DNA of 64,000 nt. Origin: a phage. The stretch lies in sequence record PZ445134.1. One strand, given 5' to 3'. Both the position numbers and the translations under genes were made by a program. Below are positions 1 to 9,686 of the stretch, in pieces (position 1 is the stretch's first letter; every line of letters starts with the position of its first letter). The notes under the pieces are model-generated. The model did not search any database, was not told where the DNA came from, and worked only from the letters and a program-made list of their open reading frames with translations.

Positions 1-125
1 CCACAGAACATTCGATAATGTGCTCTTTCAAATCTTTAGAGTCGGTATATCCCATCTCAGTAATAAAGCGGCGAATTAAAGCTTTATTCTTATCATTAAC
101 AGAATTAAAATAATCTACTTTAGAA

Positions 126-407
126 TCAATTATTCTCATCATCTAATTTCCTTAATTGATATTGCAACGAGCTAATAATTTCTTCGTTCATTTTAATATA
201 CATATCACGCAAGAAAGGTTTTAACCCATCACGAATAATTGCTAATGTATCACCTTTACATAAATTAACCAAATAAGGATGATCTAAAGCATCCCAACCA
301 GGCTGATTAGCATACATACCATAGTTTTCTTCCATCATATGATTAAGACGTTTGATATCTTGGATACGTGATTCAATAGCATCTTTCTGGAGTTGTTTAA
401 TATTCAT
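126..407 (-). CDS. hypothetical protein (93 aa)
   Basis: ORF track; compact spacing with neighbours in the asiA/arn/motA.1 region by synteny; no recognisable motif. Confidence 0.45.
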   Translation of the reverse strand: MNIKQLQKDAIESRIQDIKRLNHMMEENYGMYANQPGWDALDHPYLVNLCKGDTLAIIRDGLKPFLRDMYIKMNEEIISSLQYQLRKLDDENN

Positions 408-868
408 TAATAAAGGTCCTCTGAATAAAGTTCTTTCTCACTTCCGCCACGTTCAATACGCACCTGTCCAGCATACGTTGCAATAATCATTGCTTCTTCA
501 CGAGTCCAGTAATTAGAGTATTGGTCGATAAAGCCTTGGTCGTCACCACAAACTTGTTGCGAGACTAATTGAGGACCAACTATATCAAGTACTTCAGCCA
601 TATCTTTAGAGTAATGACGAACTCCAGGAATAACCAGAGTTCCACCACTCTTCAATTTAAACCTATTAGCTGCACATACTATAACACGTTGAACTTTTTG
701 GTCATTATTCCAATAGCACGTTTGCCAACAGATTTCAGGAACTTCATTCATTATATCATCAGCAGAATAATTATAACCGTAGGACTGGAATTTTTCTGCT
801 AGACTTTCAGGAGTCTCACGAGACAAGGCCAAATCTAATAGCTCTAAACGTTCTTTAAATGATTTCAT
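407..868 (-). CDS. hypothetical protein (153 aa)
   Basis: ORF track; 1-nt start/stop overlap with downstream gene suggests translational coupling. Confidence 0.5.
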   Translation of the reverse strand: MKSFKERLELLDLALSRETPESLAEKFQSYGYNYSADDIMNEVPEICWQTCYWNNDQKVQRVIVCAANRFKLKSGGTLVIPGVRHYSKDMAEVLDIVGPQLVSQQVCGDDQGFIDQYSNYWTREEAMIIATYAGQVRIERGGSEKELYSEDLY

Positions 869-1209
869 TTAAACCATTCCTTAATACGTTGCCAAATAGA
901 TTTTTGTGCTTGTTTATTTACACCAATCGAACGAATAACAGGTTGTGACTGCTGATATTCTTTATAATCTTCTTTATAGATTTCGTAAGCTGCATCAACA
1001 AATGAACTGATCGCTGCCATAAAGTTTTTACGTATACCGCCAGGAGCTACTCCATTAGGGAATTCAGAATTTTCGCGAATAATTAAATATAACCCAGCTT
1101 TAACTTTAACTATAGTTCCAAGATAAGCCCCGTGGTACCAAATATCCCATCCTTCCTGAGTAGGTTCTGCACATTTACGAAGTTCGTTAATAATATTCAG
1201 CTTATTCAT
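865..1209 (-). CDS. hypothetical protein (114 aa), motA.1 position
   Basis: ORF track; immediately downstream of motA on minus strand. Confidence 0.5.
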   Translation of the reverse strand: MNKLNIINELRKCAEPTQEGWDIWYHGAYLGTIVKVKAGLYLIIRENSEFPNGVAPGGIRKNFMAAISSFVDAAYEIYKEDYKEYQQSQPVIRSIGVNKQAQKSIWQRIKEWFK

Positions 1210-1219
1210 TATGTATTCC

Positions 1220-1852
1220 TCACAGTACGTTAGTTACAAGGGTAATGATTTCTTTGGACACATTAGGGAAGTCAATGTAAGTATATTTACCACCGATCTT
1301 AATCTTAACATCATTTTCAAGAGAAGTAAACAGCTTTGATTCAGTTTCTGACATGTTGTATGCAAAGATTCTAAGAGAACCATTTCGACGAATTTCGATC
1401 TGACGAATACCTAGAACTCGTTTTGCAAATCGAACTTCCAAGTTACTACGGTTTTCACCAATTTCTTTAACTTCAACTTTATCTTTAATATTTTCAAAAA
1501 CAAAGTTTGCTAGTTCATGCATTTCAGGAGTAACTCCACGTGCTTTTCTGGTGTTACGTTTCTGAAGAAGTTCTGGAGCATTTTCTTGGGCAAAGAGGTC
1601 TGCAGCTTTTTGGATAATATCCATTGCTTCGCCTGTTGCTATAAGTCCATCACCAGATTTTTCGACTAAACCTTTCTTAATCAATACACCAATGTTAGAG
1701 TTAACAACTGATGCATTGTATTCCGCTTCCAGAGCTTCACGGACATTGGCAGCAGTGGTGAAGTTGTTCTTAATGATATAAACCATTATTGCAGCAGTTT
1801 TTTCATTCAGAGCGTTTTCAGAAGCTTTGATGATGTAAGTAACTTTAGACAT
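1220..1852 (-). CDS. motA: MotA, middle-promoter transcription activator
   Basis: 210 aa; N-terminus MSKVTYIIKAS... and overall length match T4 MotA as recalled; RBS GGAGAAAT upstream. Confidence 0.85.
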   Translation of the reverse strand: MSKVTYIIKASENALNEKTAAIMVYIIKNNFTTAANVREALEAEYNASVVNSNIGVLIKKGLVEKSGDGLIATGEAMDIIQKAADLFAQENAPELLQKRNTRKARGVTPEMHELANFVFENIKDKVEVKEIGENRSNLEVRFAKRVLGIRQIEIRRNGSLRIFAYNMSETESKLFTSLENDVKIKIGGKYTYIDFPNVSKEIITLVTNVL

Positions 1853-1889
1853 TTTATTTCTCCAAATTAGTATTTGTTTTGATAGGTCT

Positions 1890-1918
1890 ATAATATCATG
1901 TTTGAAGCAAAAGTAAAC
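1890..1918 (-). promoter_or_regulatory. early/middle-type promoter upstream of motA (GTTTAC, 17 nt, TATTAT; MotA-box-like TTTGCTTCA in spacer)
   Basis: minus strand reads GTTTACTTTTGCTTCAAACATGATATTAT; sigma70-like spacing. Confidence 0.55.
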
Positions 1919-1955
1919 TTTATTTTGGGCTCTTTTTCAAAAGCCCTGGTAAAAT

Positions 1956-2171
1956 TTACAAACTCATTTCTTTAATAAGGCTAATAAGTTTTGCCTTTTT
2001 AGAACGAAGCTTTTCTAAATGATGTCCATTTGAACCACGAACCACTAAAGAATTGATTTCAACTTCTAAGAAATTTAATTCTTCAACAAGTGCTTTACGT
2101 GGAGCATTCATACCAGGTTTAACTTTACCAAAACGAGTAGTTGTGTTTTGGGTTAATTTCATTTTAGACAT
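1956..2171 (-). CDS. hypothetical basic protein (71 aa)
   Basis: ORF track; own promoter cassette upstream; start region nearly identical to motA start region. Confidence 0.5.
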   Translation of the reverse strand: MSKMKLTQNTTTRFGKVKPGMNAPRKALVEELNFLEVEINSLVVRGSNGHHLEKLRSKKAKLISLIKEMSL

Positions 2172-2210
2172 TTTATTTCTCCAATTTGGTTGTTTTGTTT
2201 TGATAGGTCT

Positions 2211-2239
2211 ATAATATCATGTTTGAAGCACATGTAAAC
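2211..2239 (-). promoter_or_regulatory. early/middle-type promoter, near-identical copy of the motA promoter cassette
   Basis: minus strand GTTTACATGTGCTTCAAACATGATATTAT. Confidence 0.55.
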
Positions 2240-2261
2240 TGTTTTGTGAGAAAAAATGCAC

Positions 2262-2283
2262 AAAAAGGAACCCGAAGGTTCCT
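2262..2283 (-). terminator. intrinsic terminator (UUCG tetraloop hairpin + U-run) downstream of gene 52
   Basis: minus strand AGGAACC-UUCG-GGUUCCU followed by UUUUUG. Confidence 0.55.
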
Positions 2284-2383
2284 TACTTTTTAAAGTGAGC
2301 TGCTATTAAACCTATAGCTAAGCCCGTTGCCAGGCCTAGGATAACAGCAAAGATACAGAGTAACAAGAACTCGACTCCAAGGC

Positions 2384-3709
2384 TCATAGAGCCTCCAAGT
2401 CTTTAGTGTACTCTGTCACAACATCAGTAGACTTCCAATACTCATTTTCTTCTTTCTTAGCTTTAGCTTCTTCTGCCAGTTTACGCGCTTCGTCGGAAGT
2501 GATATGGAAGATGTTAAGGCCTACCAGTTTATCGACATGTTCTTTATACATTTCGATTTGTGCTAGCTCTTCAGTCAAAGCTTTACGAGTCTTGCCCTGA
2601 ATCACAATTTCACCGTTGATAACTTTTTTGATGAAGTGTGCCTTAGCAAAAGCAAGTTTAAATGCTTTTTCGGATTCAAGGATTTTGTTGTCAATACGTT
2701 TCTGAACGTAAGTCTTACGGACTTCAACAAAATCTTTGATTAAGTCCACTACGTTATCGTAGACAGCTAATTTACCCTTTTCATTAATCACTGTGATATT
2801 TTGTGAACGACGTTCGATGAGACTAAAATCTTTCATGATTTTTTCATGACGTAGCTCTTCATCATCAGGAAGCGAGTACTCTTTACGGAACTTCACTTTA
2901 AACCCAAAGCCGTGTTCACCACAATCATCTTCCCATGAGATTAGACCTTTGTCTTCCAATGGGTCAAGAACCTTACTCACATATGTTTCACGGTCGAATT
3001 TATATGGGATTTCAGTTATCTGCATTTGAGTGCGAGATGTGAACTTATATGTTCCGTGAATCTCATAACGTCCATCAACTTCATGTACTTCACCACGGAA
3101 TTCCGGGAATTCAACTTTTGGCTTAGTGACATTTTTACCTTGAAGAGCTTGTAATACAGCCTTTTTGACTGATTTAAAACTATGAGGCAGAATATTTGTT
3201 GCGTAACCGGTTGCAATACCAGAGACACCATTCAAAAGAACTGTTGGAATAATAGGAAGATAGAATTTTGGTGGAATGTGTTCTTTATCTTCATGAGCTG
3301 GAGCATATTCAGTATCTTTATATACGTTATAGAAATTTTTACTTACACGAGCAAAAATATAACGAGATGCTGCAGCTTTTTGGACTGTTCTAGAACCAAA
3401 GTTGCCTTGGCCATCTAACAGTGGATAGTTGTTGTTCCATGTGTTAGCCATCAATGCACCTGCATCTTGTGCAGAAGATTCACCATGGTGATAACCTAAA
3501 TCTGCAACACCGCCTGCAATTGACGCAAGTTTATGAAATTTTTCTTTATTACCACGAGCCAAATCTAACGCACGATGAACCACAAAACGTTGAACCGGCT
3601 TAAATCCATCAATCATGTTTGGGATTGCACGGTTTTCAACGGTGTACATCGCATATGCTAAGGCTTCGTTATCAATAATACTTTTTAGATTACGAGAATT
3701 CAATTCCAT
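2384..3709 (-). CDS. 52: DNA topoisomerase II medium subunit (GyrA-like)
   Basis: 441 aa, same length as T4 gp52; position between motA and ndd. Confidence 0.85.
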   Translation of the reverse strand: MELNSRNLKSIIDNEALAYAMYTVENRAIPNMIDGFKPVQRFVVHRALDLARGNKEKFHKLASIAGGVADLGYHHGESSAQDAGALMANTWNNNYPLLDGQGNFGSRTVQKAAASRYIFARVSKNFYNVYKDTEYAPAHEDKEHIPPKFYLPIIPTVLLNGVSGIATGYATNILPHSFKSVKKAVLQALQGKNVTKPKVEFPEFRGEVHEVDGRYEIHGTYKFTSRTQMQITEIPYKFDRETYVSKVLDPLEDKGLISWEDDCGEHGFGFKVKFRKEYSLPDDEELRHEKIMKDFSLIERRSQNITVINEKGKLAVYDNVVDLIKDFVEVRKTYVQKRIDNKILESEKAFKLAFAKAHFIKKVINGEIVIQGKTRKALTEELAQIEMYKEHVDKLVGLNIFHITSDEARKLAEEAKAKKEENEYWKSTDVVTEYTKDLEAL

Positions 3710-3713
3710 AATT

Positions 3714-3854
3714 TTACCATACTAGTGAATGAATAGCCATAATAACATCGGAAATAAAAAGCACAACTTGAATTATCCCGAACATTACTCCATAATACAG
3801 CGCTACCAATAAAGCAGCAAGGGCTAACGAGTAGCCCAAGATTTTATTAATCAT
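3714..3854 (-). CDS. small hydrophobic membrane protein (46 aa from internal ATG)
   Basis: ORF track 62 aa from TTG; internal ATG overlaps the stop of the upstream small ORF (AATGATTAA); single TM-like segment; ac-region by synteny. Confidence 0.35.
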   Translation of the reverse strand: MINKILGYSLALAALLVALYYGVMFGIIQVVLFISDVIMAIHSLVW

Positions 3855-4008
3855 TTTTAATCGTCTTAAGTAAACCGACAAAAGTAGAAAGAACCCAACC
3901 AATAAGCAGAAAACTTAAGAATATCGGACCAGGGGCCCACACACCTAAAAAGAAGCAAACCGAACAGACTATAGCCGTAATAAGTTCAATAAAAACTACG
4001 ATAATCAT
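3847..4008 (-). CDS. small hydrophobic membrane protein (53 aa)
   Basis: hand-translated MIIVVFIELITAIVCSVCFFLGVWAPGPIFLSFLLIGWVLSTFVGLLKTIKND; RBS GAGGA upstream; below ORF-track length cutoff. Confidence 0.35.
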   Translation of the reverse strand: MIIVVFIELITAIVCSVCFFLGVWAPGPIFLSFLLIGWVLSTFVGLLKTIKND

Positions 4009-4094
4009 ATTTTCCTCATTAGCGTCCGAAGACGCCTTTAGTTTTAAGATTGTTACGATAGAACTGCATCACATGTTCGTTATGGAAATACTCA

Positions 4095-4541
4095 TTAGTA
4101 AGCCTGCAGGATGAATTTAAAGTTATCAGCCAACATACGGTTCATTTCAGTGAGTGTTTGATATTCTGATGTATGATTGCGAGTGAATGCCAGAGCCAAT
4201 TGACCTTTACCATAACCAGTGGTCAGCGGTTTCATGTTCTTAGCTGCAACAAAGATTACATCGTATTCAATATTGTTAGTGCCCATAGTACGGGCTAGTT
4301 GCGAACGACCTTGACGAATGTGAGAAAGAATTGCATCCAACCCTTGTTTAGAACGTTGACGTCCTACAAAGAATCGTGCTGCTACTTGTCGCCAATCAGA
4401 TGAACCTTTAACAAAGAAGTAAAAACCTTCACGAGAACGAAACTCTTTAGAAACTTCAGAACCGTATTCGCCATTACGAACTACTGCAACAACTTCACCA
4501 CCAACTGCCAGAAGGTCTTTACGAGTTAAATATTTAGACAT
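4095..4541 (-). CDS. ndd: Ndd nucleoid disruption protein
   Basis: 148 aa; C-terminal half ...[34 protein letters not shown] matches T4 Ndd as recalled. Confidence 0.75.
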
Positions 4542-4617
4542 GCTAATTTCCTCAATTGATTAATGTTTTTGTAATCCATGAGAGCATTATACTCTGCTCT
4601 CAAGAGTTTGTACAATT

Positions 4618-4818
4618 TTATTCGGTTATATCAGAACGTTCAAAAAGCTCTTCAACAGTTAAACATTCGGTGTCATCCTCAATAAAGAATCGGGTCCAAC
4701 ACGTTGGGGCGATGCAGTTATGAGTTTGGCCAGCTATAGAAGCTACACGAATAAGCTGCTGGCCATTATTCAGGACAAATTTTTCACCAATTTCAACATC
4801 TTTAAAAAGCTTAGCCAT
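4618..4818 (-). CDS. hypothetical protein (66 aa)
   Basis: ORF track; promoter cassette upstream. Confidence 0.4.
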   Translation of the reverse strand: MAKLFKDVEIGEKFVLNNGQQLIRVASIAGQTHNCIAPTCWTRFFIEDDTECLTVEELFERSDITE

Positions 4819-4846
4819 TTTGTATTCCTCATGTTTTGATAGGACT

Positions 4847-4876
4847 ACTATACCATAATCCTACCTTGATGTAAAC
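4847..4876 (-). promoter_or_regulatory. early-type promoter (GTTTAC ... TATAGT)
   Basis: minus strand GTTTACATCAAGGTAGGATTATGGTATAGT. Confidence 0.4.
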
Positions 4877-5068
4877 AATTAAATTACATTAAAATATGTT
4901 AAAGCCAACCATGTTCCAGTGAACGAACATGCGATGTAAAAACCCGTATCGCAAATTGTTCTTAGTACAATAAGAAGTGCATTTTTCATAAGTACCTCAA
5001 TACAATTGAAAATATTATACAAATCATAGGGATACTAAGCAACCATATTCCGATCCACATTTTAGAAC

Positions 5069-5332
5069 TCATATCTCAACTTCCGCGAGTTCCATATATC
5101 CTTTGTTGATAACCTCTTTAAGGTCTTTAGAAAGAATAACATTAAAATGGTCGTTCATATGTCCATTAACTAAACGAGTTATTTCGGCTTCAGATGACAT
5201 ATAAGGCACGTCTGAGTCCCAATGAGATAGACCCAAATGGGTATAAATCATCCCTTCGTCATCTGCAGTGTTGTACATTGAAACAAATTCGCCTGTTACT
5301 TTATGTTTTGCGTAGAAAAATTTAAATTTCAT
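5069..5332 (-). CDS. hypothetical protein (87 aa)
   Basis: ORF track; promoter cassette upstream at ~5350-5390. Confidence 0.45.
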   Translation of the reverse strand: MKFKFFYAKHKVTGEFVSMYNTADDEGMIYTHLGLSHWDSDVPYMSSEAEITRLVNGHMNDHFNVILSKDLKEVINKGYMELAEVEI

Positions 5333-5400
5333 GATGTTATCCTCTTTTAGATAGGACTACTATATCATAGTCCTACTTAGTTGTAAACACTTTTATGAAA

Positions 5401-5958
5401 TTAAAGATGAAGATACCAGCCGTTGTAGTTGCTCTTGCGGACGATTTTCTTTAGGTCTTCATGGTCTCCCACGAACTTTATAGAATAAGAGAAGACGTCA
5501 GGTGAGGTTTCTTTGACATTCAATATAATAATACAGTCTGCAACTCGATGATTCAGGAATGGCCCTATGTTGATTCCGTTGCCACCCGGATAATCACCAC
5601 TGTATCCTGTGGTAACAGAAATCCATTTAGAATCCATCTGATGTGTCTTGACTTCTACACGAATTCCACAATATTTGGGATGGGCTAACACGTCCCATGC
5701 ATACGTGTACGGGTCTTCTACGTCTTCAATACCTTTATTAACATATCCGTCTAGCCAATTTGCTACTACATACTCTGCAAAGACCGCAACCTTACAACGT
5801 CGAACTACATCTTCTTTGTTTTGGTCAGGATTTTGGCTCAGGGAATACCGAGCAGTGTCAGCAATCTTCACCTTCATTTCACTAGTCAAAAACTCATTCG
5901 ACAGGATAAATGTCGGAAGATTCTTCAGTCTCAACAGTCCCAAGTTCGTCTTTACCAT
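5401..5958 (-). CDS. denB: probable endonuclease IV DenB (185 aa from internal ATG)
   Basis: position between ndd and rIIB; refined start at ATG with RBS AGAGGT gives 185 aa, the T4 DenB length; ORF track start at 6021 is probably a non-ATG extension. Confidence 0.45.
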   Translation of the reverse strand: MVKTNLGLLRLKNLPTFILSNEFLTSEMKVKIADTARYSLSQNPDQNKEDVVRRCKVAVFAEYVVANWLDGYVNKGIEDVEDPYTYAWDVLAHPKYCGIRVEVKTHQMDSKWISVTTGYSGDYPGGNGINIGPFLNHRVADCIIILNVKETSPDVFSYSIKFVGDHEDLKKIVRKSNYNGWYLHL

Positions 5959-6181
5959 AGATACCTCTGATGTGTAGTTCGCCAAAATAAATGCGGTCTC
6001 CTTCTTCAAGATAGTTAGCATCTACCGGTGGGATTTCAATAACAACTTCGTCGCATTCTAACCAGCCGTAGTGTGCATCACCAGGATGTTTTACCAATTT
6101 AGCGCAATAAACTGATTTACACTTATGATGACCACGAAGATTAGCAATTTTGGATTCTGATACGTCAAATGGATGAATCAT
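5894..6181 (-). CDS. hypothetical protein (95 aa)
   Basis: ORF track; overlaps refined denB start by ~65 nt. Confidence 0.4.
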   Translation of the reverse strand: MIHPFDVSESKIANLRGHHKCKSVYCAKLVKHPGDAHYGWLECDEVVIEIPPVDANYLEEGDRIYFGELHIRGIYGKDELGTVETEESSDIYPVE

Positions 6182-6222
6182 AATTACCCCTAAAGAAAAA
6201 AAGGGACCGAAGTCCCCAATTA

Positions 6223-7158
6223 TTATTCTGCAAATAATTCAGTAACGTCTGAAATTACTTCATAACGACAAGTACGCATCTTAGCATCACCATAGTCAAC
6301 CGGGATGGATACAACATCACGTGGATGAACTTTAACCTTAACAACTTTATCTGAGCTTGAACCAAAGTGGCGAATATAAGATTTAGCACAAACGTGGAGA
6401 CCGCGAGAACAGGTTTGAGTATCATCGTCGTTAACTCGAGTACGAGGCATTGAAACAACTTTACCTGGGGAGTTATCAAATGTGCCGCTATAGCAATCTA
6501 AATAGTCTTTACGAACTACTTTCCACGCATAGAAATGCCCATCTTCAGTGATTTCAATATCGTTTGCAACCAAGAAGTCGAATAAACGTTGTACAGCTTT
6601 TTCACTTGGGTTTTCTAACAGGTTTTCAAGGAACGGCAGATAGAATTTAAAGTCTTCGCCTTTTTCCATGGAATCAATAATACGATTAACCAGTCCTGAA
6701 CGAATTTCTATACCTTGATAAAATAAACTACCACCTTCAATAGTAACATTACCATCAACAAACTTACTAATAGCTTTCTTGATGTTAATAAGTTCGACAG
6801 CTTTACTAAGGTTTCCTGCGACCAGATTAGCTTTAATTTCTTCAAAATTTGCATGACTTGATGGGGTCGCATTGTATGCTACGCGTCCTTCAATAATTGA
6901 AATAAATTTAGATGACGCGTTCCATACGATTTCTGGACGATGTCCGCCGATAATAGGTTCATCATTTTCTGGAACCTGTTCTTCGTCTTCAAATTCAGCG
7001 GCTTTCTCTTCAGCTTTAAAATTCTTAACAATCTTACGAAGAGTGTCAGTGGAAATATTGAAGTAATCAGCAATTTCCTGACGAGTCCATTGGCCTGATT
7101 TAACCAGATCGTAAGCTTCTAACTGTTCTTCTTGAGACAAGCATTTAATATTGTACAT
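6223..7158 (-). CDS. rIIB: rIIB rapid-lysis/exclusion protein
   Basis: 311 aa (T4 rIIB 312); directly downstream of rIIA. Confidence 0.85.
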   Translation of the reverse strand: MYNIKCLSQEEQLEAYDLVKSGQWTRQEIADYFNISTDTLRKIVKNFKAEEKAAEFEDEEQVPENDEPIIGGHRPEIVWNASSKFISIIEGRVAYNATPSSHANFEEIKANLVAGNLSKAVELINIKKAISKFVDGNVTIEGGSLFYQGIEIRSGLVNRIIDSMEKGEDFKFYLPFLENLLENPSEKAVQRLFDFLVANDIEITEDGHFYAWKVVRKDYLDCYSGTFDNSPGKVVSMPRTRVNDDDTQTCSRGLHVCAKSYIRHFGSSSDKVVKVKVHPRDVVSIPVDYGDAKMRTCRYEVISDVTELFAE

Positions 7159-7167
7159 AATGTTTCC

Positions 7168-9381
7168 TTATTTGGCTGCTTCCACAGCCTTCATGAATTT
7201 AACGATTTGAGCGACTTGTTCTTTAGAAAGAGTACCACGTCGTCCCATGTATTCTGACACAATATGATAATTGGTTTCGAATTCAATAACCATTTTATCA
7301 TCATTATCGTAAGCATTATCTTTAAGCTTATCGAAAATTTTAGCACACAATTCTAACTTCCTGTTCAGGTCTCTGTTAGTAGCACCTGAGAATCGATTCC
7401 ATCCCCAACGATTATTTACTGATGAGAGTTTTGCAAAATCTTTACTGATTTCTTTGTTCTTAGAGCTAAAATACTTACTAAGGAAGTTAAGCTCTTCATT
7501 ACGAGTAATATGATTCAAATAAGGCTGTGCTCTACGACTTGGTGATACATACTCATCATAATCCACTTTATCAATTAGCGTAATATAGTCATTAATTGAT
7601 TTTTCGAACAAGCATTCTACTTCACCAAGTTTACGAACTTTCTTAGCGATCTGTGGACGGACTACAGTGAACTCTTTAATACCTGACAAATCAGCAATAC
7701 GGGTCAAGAAATTAGAGTCATAGTTCAACCAACCTTTATCTGCGTCAAGACATTCGGCATTAGAACGATTACGAACTATAGCATAACCTTGGATTTCATC
7801 AGCTTCACTCGCTGGAATAAAGAGATCTTCTGATACCCAAACATCGTTTTCATTCTTAAAGAACCGATGAGCACTCGGGGATTTAGGACGAGGCCCATTA
7901 GAACGAGTCTTGACTTCAATCCATGGCTTAACGATTTGTAAAAGCTCTGAAGTCTTGTACATGTTAATGGTGTCGCCATCAAAGATAACTTTAAGGCGTT
8001 CCAGAAGTTTCATTGCATCTTCGTCTGTAGGGTCAACGAATAGTACGCTTTTACCAAAACCGCGTGGAACTTTACCGGTTAATTTAACCTCGTCTTTAGA
8101 CATTTCAATTGAATTAAGAGCTCGCATTAATGGAACACGTCCCTTAACGTCGTCAATAACAATTTCAACGTTTTTAATGTTAATGCCAATCAGACTGTTA
8201 ATTGAAATAGTTGCAGATGAGCTACCACTTTCACGAATACGACGAAGACGAGGGTCTTCAATGATATCGTATACGACGCCGAGATTACACCATTCAGGTC
8301 CCATTTTAAAACGTTTGTACAACTCAGAATAAGTTAGTTGTTCTTTAGAGTATTTCAGTGATTCAATATTAGACCCGGCCTTTTCCATGTATTTACGAGC
8401 TGTATAGCCAAGAGAATCAATTTCACGGAACACATGACGCGGGTATTTACAATCAATCCATTTCTTAGAATCTTCAGCGAACAATTTAGCATCGATTTCT
8501 GCAACGCGTTTATGGATATTTGCTACTGTACGTTTATCAAATGACAATGCTTCACGAGACGGGGCTACATCTAGTTCACCCATAGGGAATTTAATATAAG
8601 CTGTAGTGCATCGCGTCATCATCCATGTTTGTTCTTTAATAACACTTCCAATTGGATATACAATACCACCATAAACAGCCATGATATTACCACGTTCACC
8701 CCATGGAGCTTCCTTGGCTAAATAAACATCATCGAATTCCGGGAAGTATTTAATATCTTTAACACCACGAACTTCTGCAATATCACCTAGAGGACGCATA
8801 ACATATGCAATTTCAGATGCGAACTTTTCAAAATCTTCTGGGTTAACAGGCACAACTACTTCAACGCCGGTCCGGTCATCAGGACCCATCTTATCTACAA
8901 AGGTTGGCTTAATCTGTGGACCTGTGTCATCTTGATAAATTACATAACCACGAACTTCACCGTTGTGATAAGACGTAAGGTTAAACGTATCGGTATATGC
9001 TAGTGGAGCTTTAGAACCGAGACCGAATCCACCAATGAAATCGTTACTCGATGTTTTAGTTGAAGCAAAATATGAGTTATAGATTCCTGGCTCTTCGTCA
9101 TTACCTCGAATGGTGAAATCACTCATACCAGGACCAAAGTCTCGAACTACAAAACGTGGATCTAAACGACCTGGCGCCTGAACAATAAACTTATCAGTGC
9201 AACCATTAAGAATTTGTCCATCGATACAGTTTGTGATTAATTCACGTACACAAGCCAATTCTTTGTTTGTATAAAGGTCGTTAGACAAAATCTTATAAAC
9301 TTTGCTATTGCCTTGAATAGTAAATGCTGTGCTCTTACCGCCTGAACCAATAATCGTTTCTTTAGCCGTTTCAATAATCAT
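7168..9381 (-). CDS. rIIA: rIIA protein (GHKL-like ATPase N-terminus)
   Basis: 737 aa; synteny with rIIB; N-terminal ATPase-like region. Confidence 0.85.
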   Translation of the reverse strand: MIIETAKETIIGSGGKSTAFTIQGNSKVYKILSNDLYTNKELACVRELITNCIDGQILNGCTDKFIVQAPGRLDPRFVVRDFGPGMSDFTIRGNDEEPGIYNSYFASTKTSSNDFIGGFGLGSKAPLAYTDTFNLTSYHNGEVRGYVIYQDDTGPQIKPTFVDKMGPDDRTGVEVVVPVNPEDFEKFASEIAYVMRPLGDIAEVRGVKDIKYFPEFDDVYLAKEAPWGERGNIMAVYGGIVYPIGSVIKEQTWMMTRCTTAYIKFPMGELDVAPSREALSFDKRTVANIHKRVAEIDAKLFAEDSKKWIDCKYPRHVFREIDSLGYTARKYMEKAGSNIESLKYSKEQLTYSELYKRFKMGPEWCNLGVVYDIIEDPRLRRIRESGSSSATISINSLIGINIKNVEIVIDDVKGRVPLMRALNSIEMSKDEVKLTGKVPRGFGKSVLFVDPTDEDAMKLLERLKVIFDGDTINMYKTSELLQIVKPWIEVKTRSNGPRPKSPSAHRFFKNENDVWVSEDLFIPASEADEIQGYAIVRNRSNAECLDADKGWLNYDSNFLTRIADLSGIKEFTVVRPQIAKKVRKLGEVECLFEKSINDYITLIDKVDYDEYVSPSRRAQPYLNHITRNEELNFLSKYFSSKNKEISKDFAKLSSVNNRWGWNRFSGATNRDLNRKLELCAKIFDKLKDNAYDNDDKMVIEFETNYHIVSEYMGRRGTLSKEQVAQIVKFMKAVEAAK

Positions 9382-9393
9382 ATTTTTCTCTCA

Positions 9394-9594
9394 TCACAAG
9401 TTACGTTTAAAAATTTCTGCTACTTCAAGAAGTTCTTCTTTAGTAGCTGTATCGGTTTGTATTTTATATCGAATTTCTTTAAAGCGTTCTTTAAAAGACT
9501 CTGCCGACTCGATATCAAAAAATCGTTGGATAAGCCGGAATTCCCGGAGCACCGCTTTATCAAAAAGGTCCAAGTCCACGTTATATGTTCTCAT
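9394..9594 (-). CDS. hypothetical protein (66 aa), rIIA.1 position
   Basis: ORF track; synteny. Confidence 0.5.
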   Translation of the reverse strand: MRTYNVDLDLFDKAVLREFRLIQRFFDIESAESFKERFKEIRYKIQTDTATKEELLEVAEIFKRNL

Positions 9595-9686
9595 AATATT
9601 CTCTTCAGTAGATTCCTAGGGCACTATTACTAAAGACCATATAATCTATCATCTTATGTGTAATAGCGCCTCAGGCTATTCAGGAT

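Noticed and set aside
7910-8332. 140-aa plus-strand ORF inside rIIA (similar antisense ORFs at 5648..5977, 12091..12369, 16570..17328, 39823..40416, 42667..43119, 44414..44902, 48963..49409)
   Set aside because: Fully embedded antisense to well-supported conserved minus-strand genes, no RBS, low-complexity Ser/Ile/Leu-rich translations typical of antisense reading of AT-rich genes
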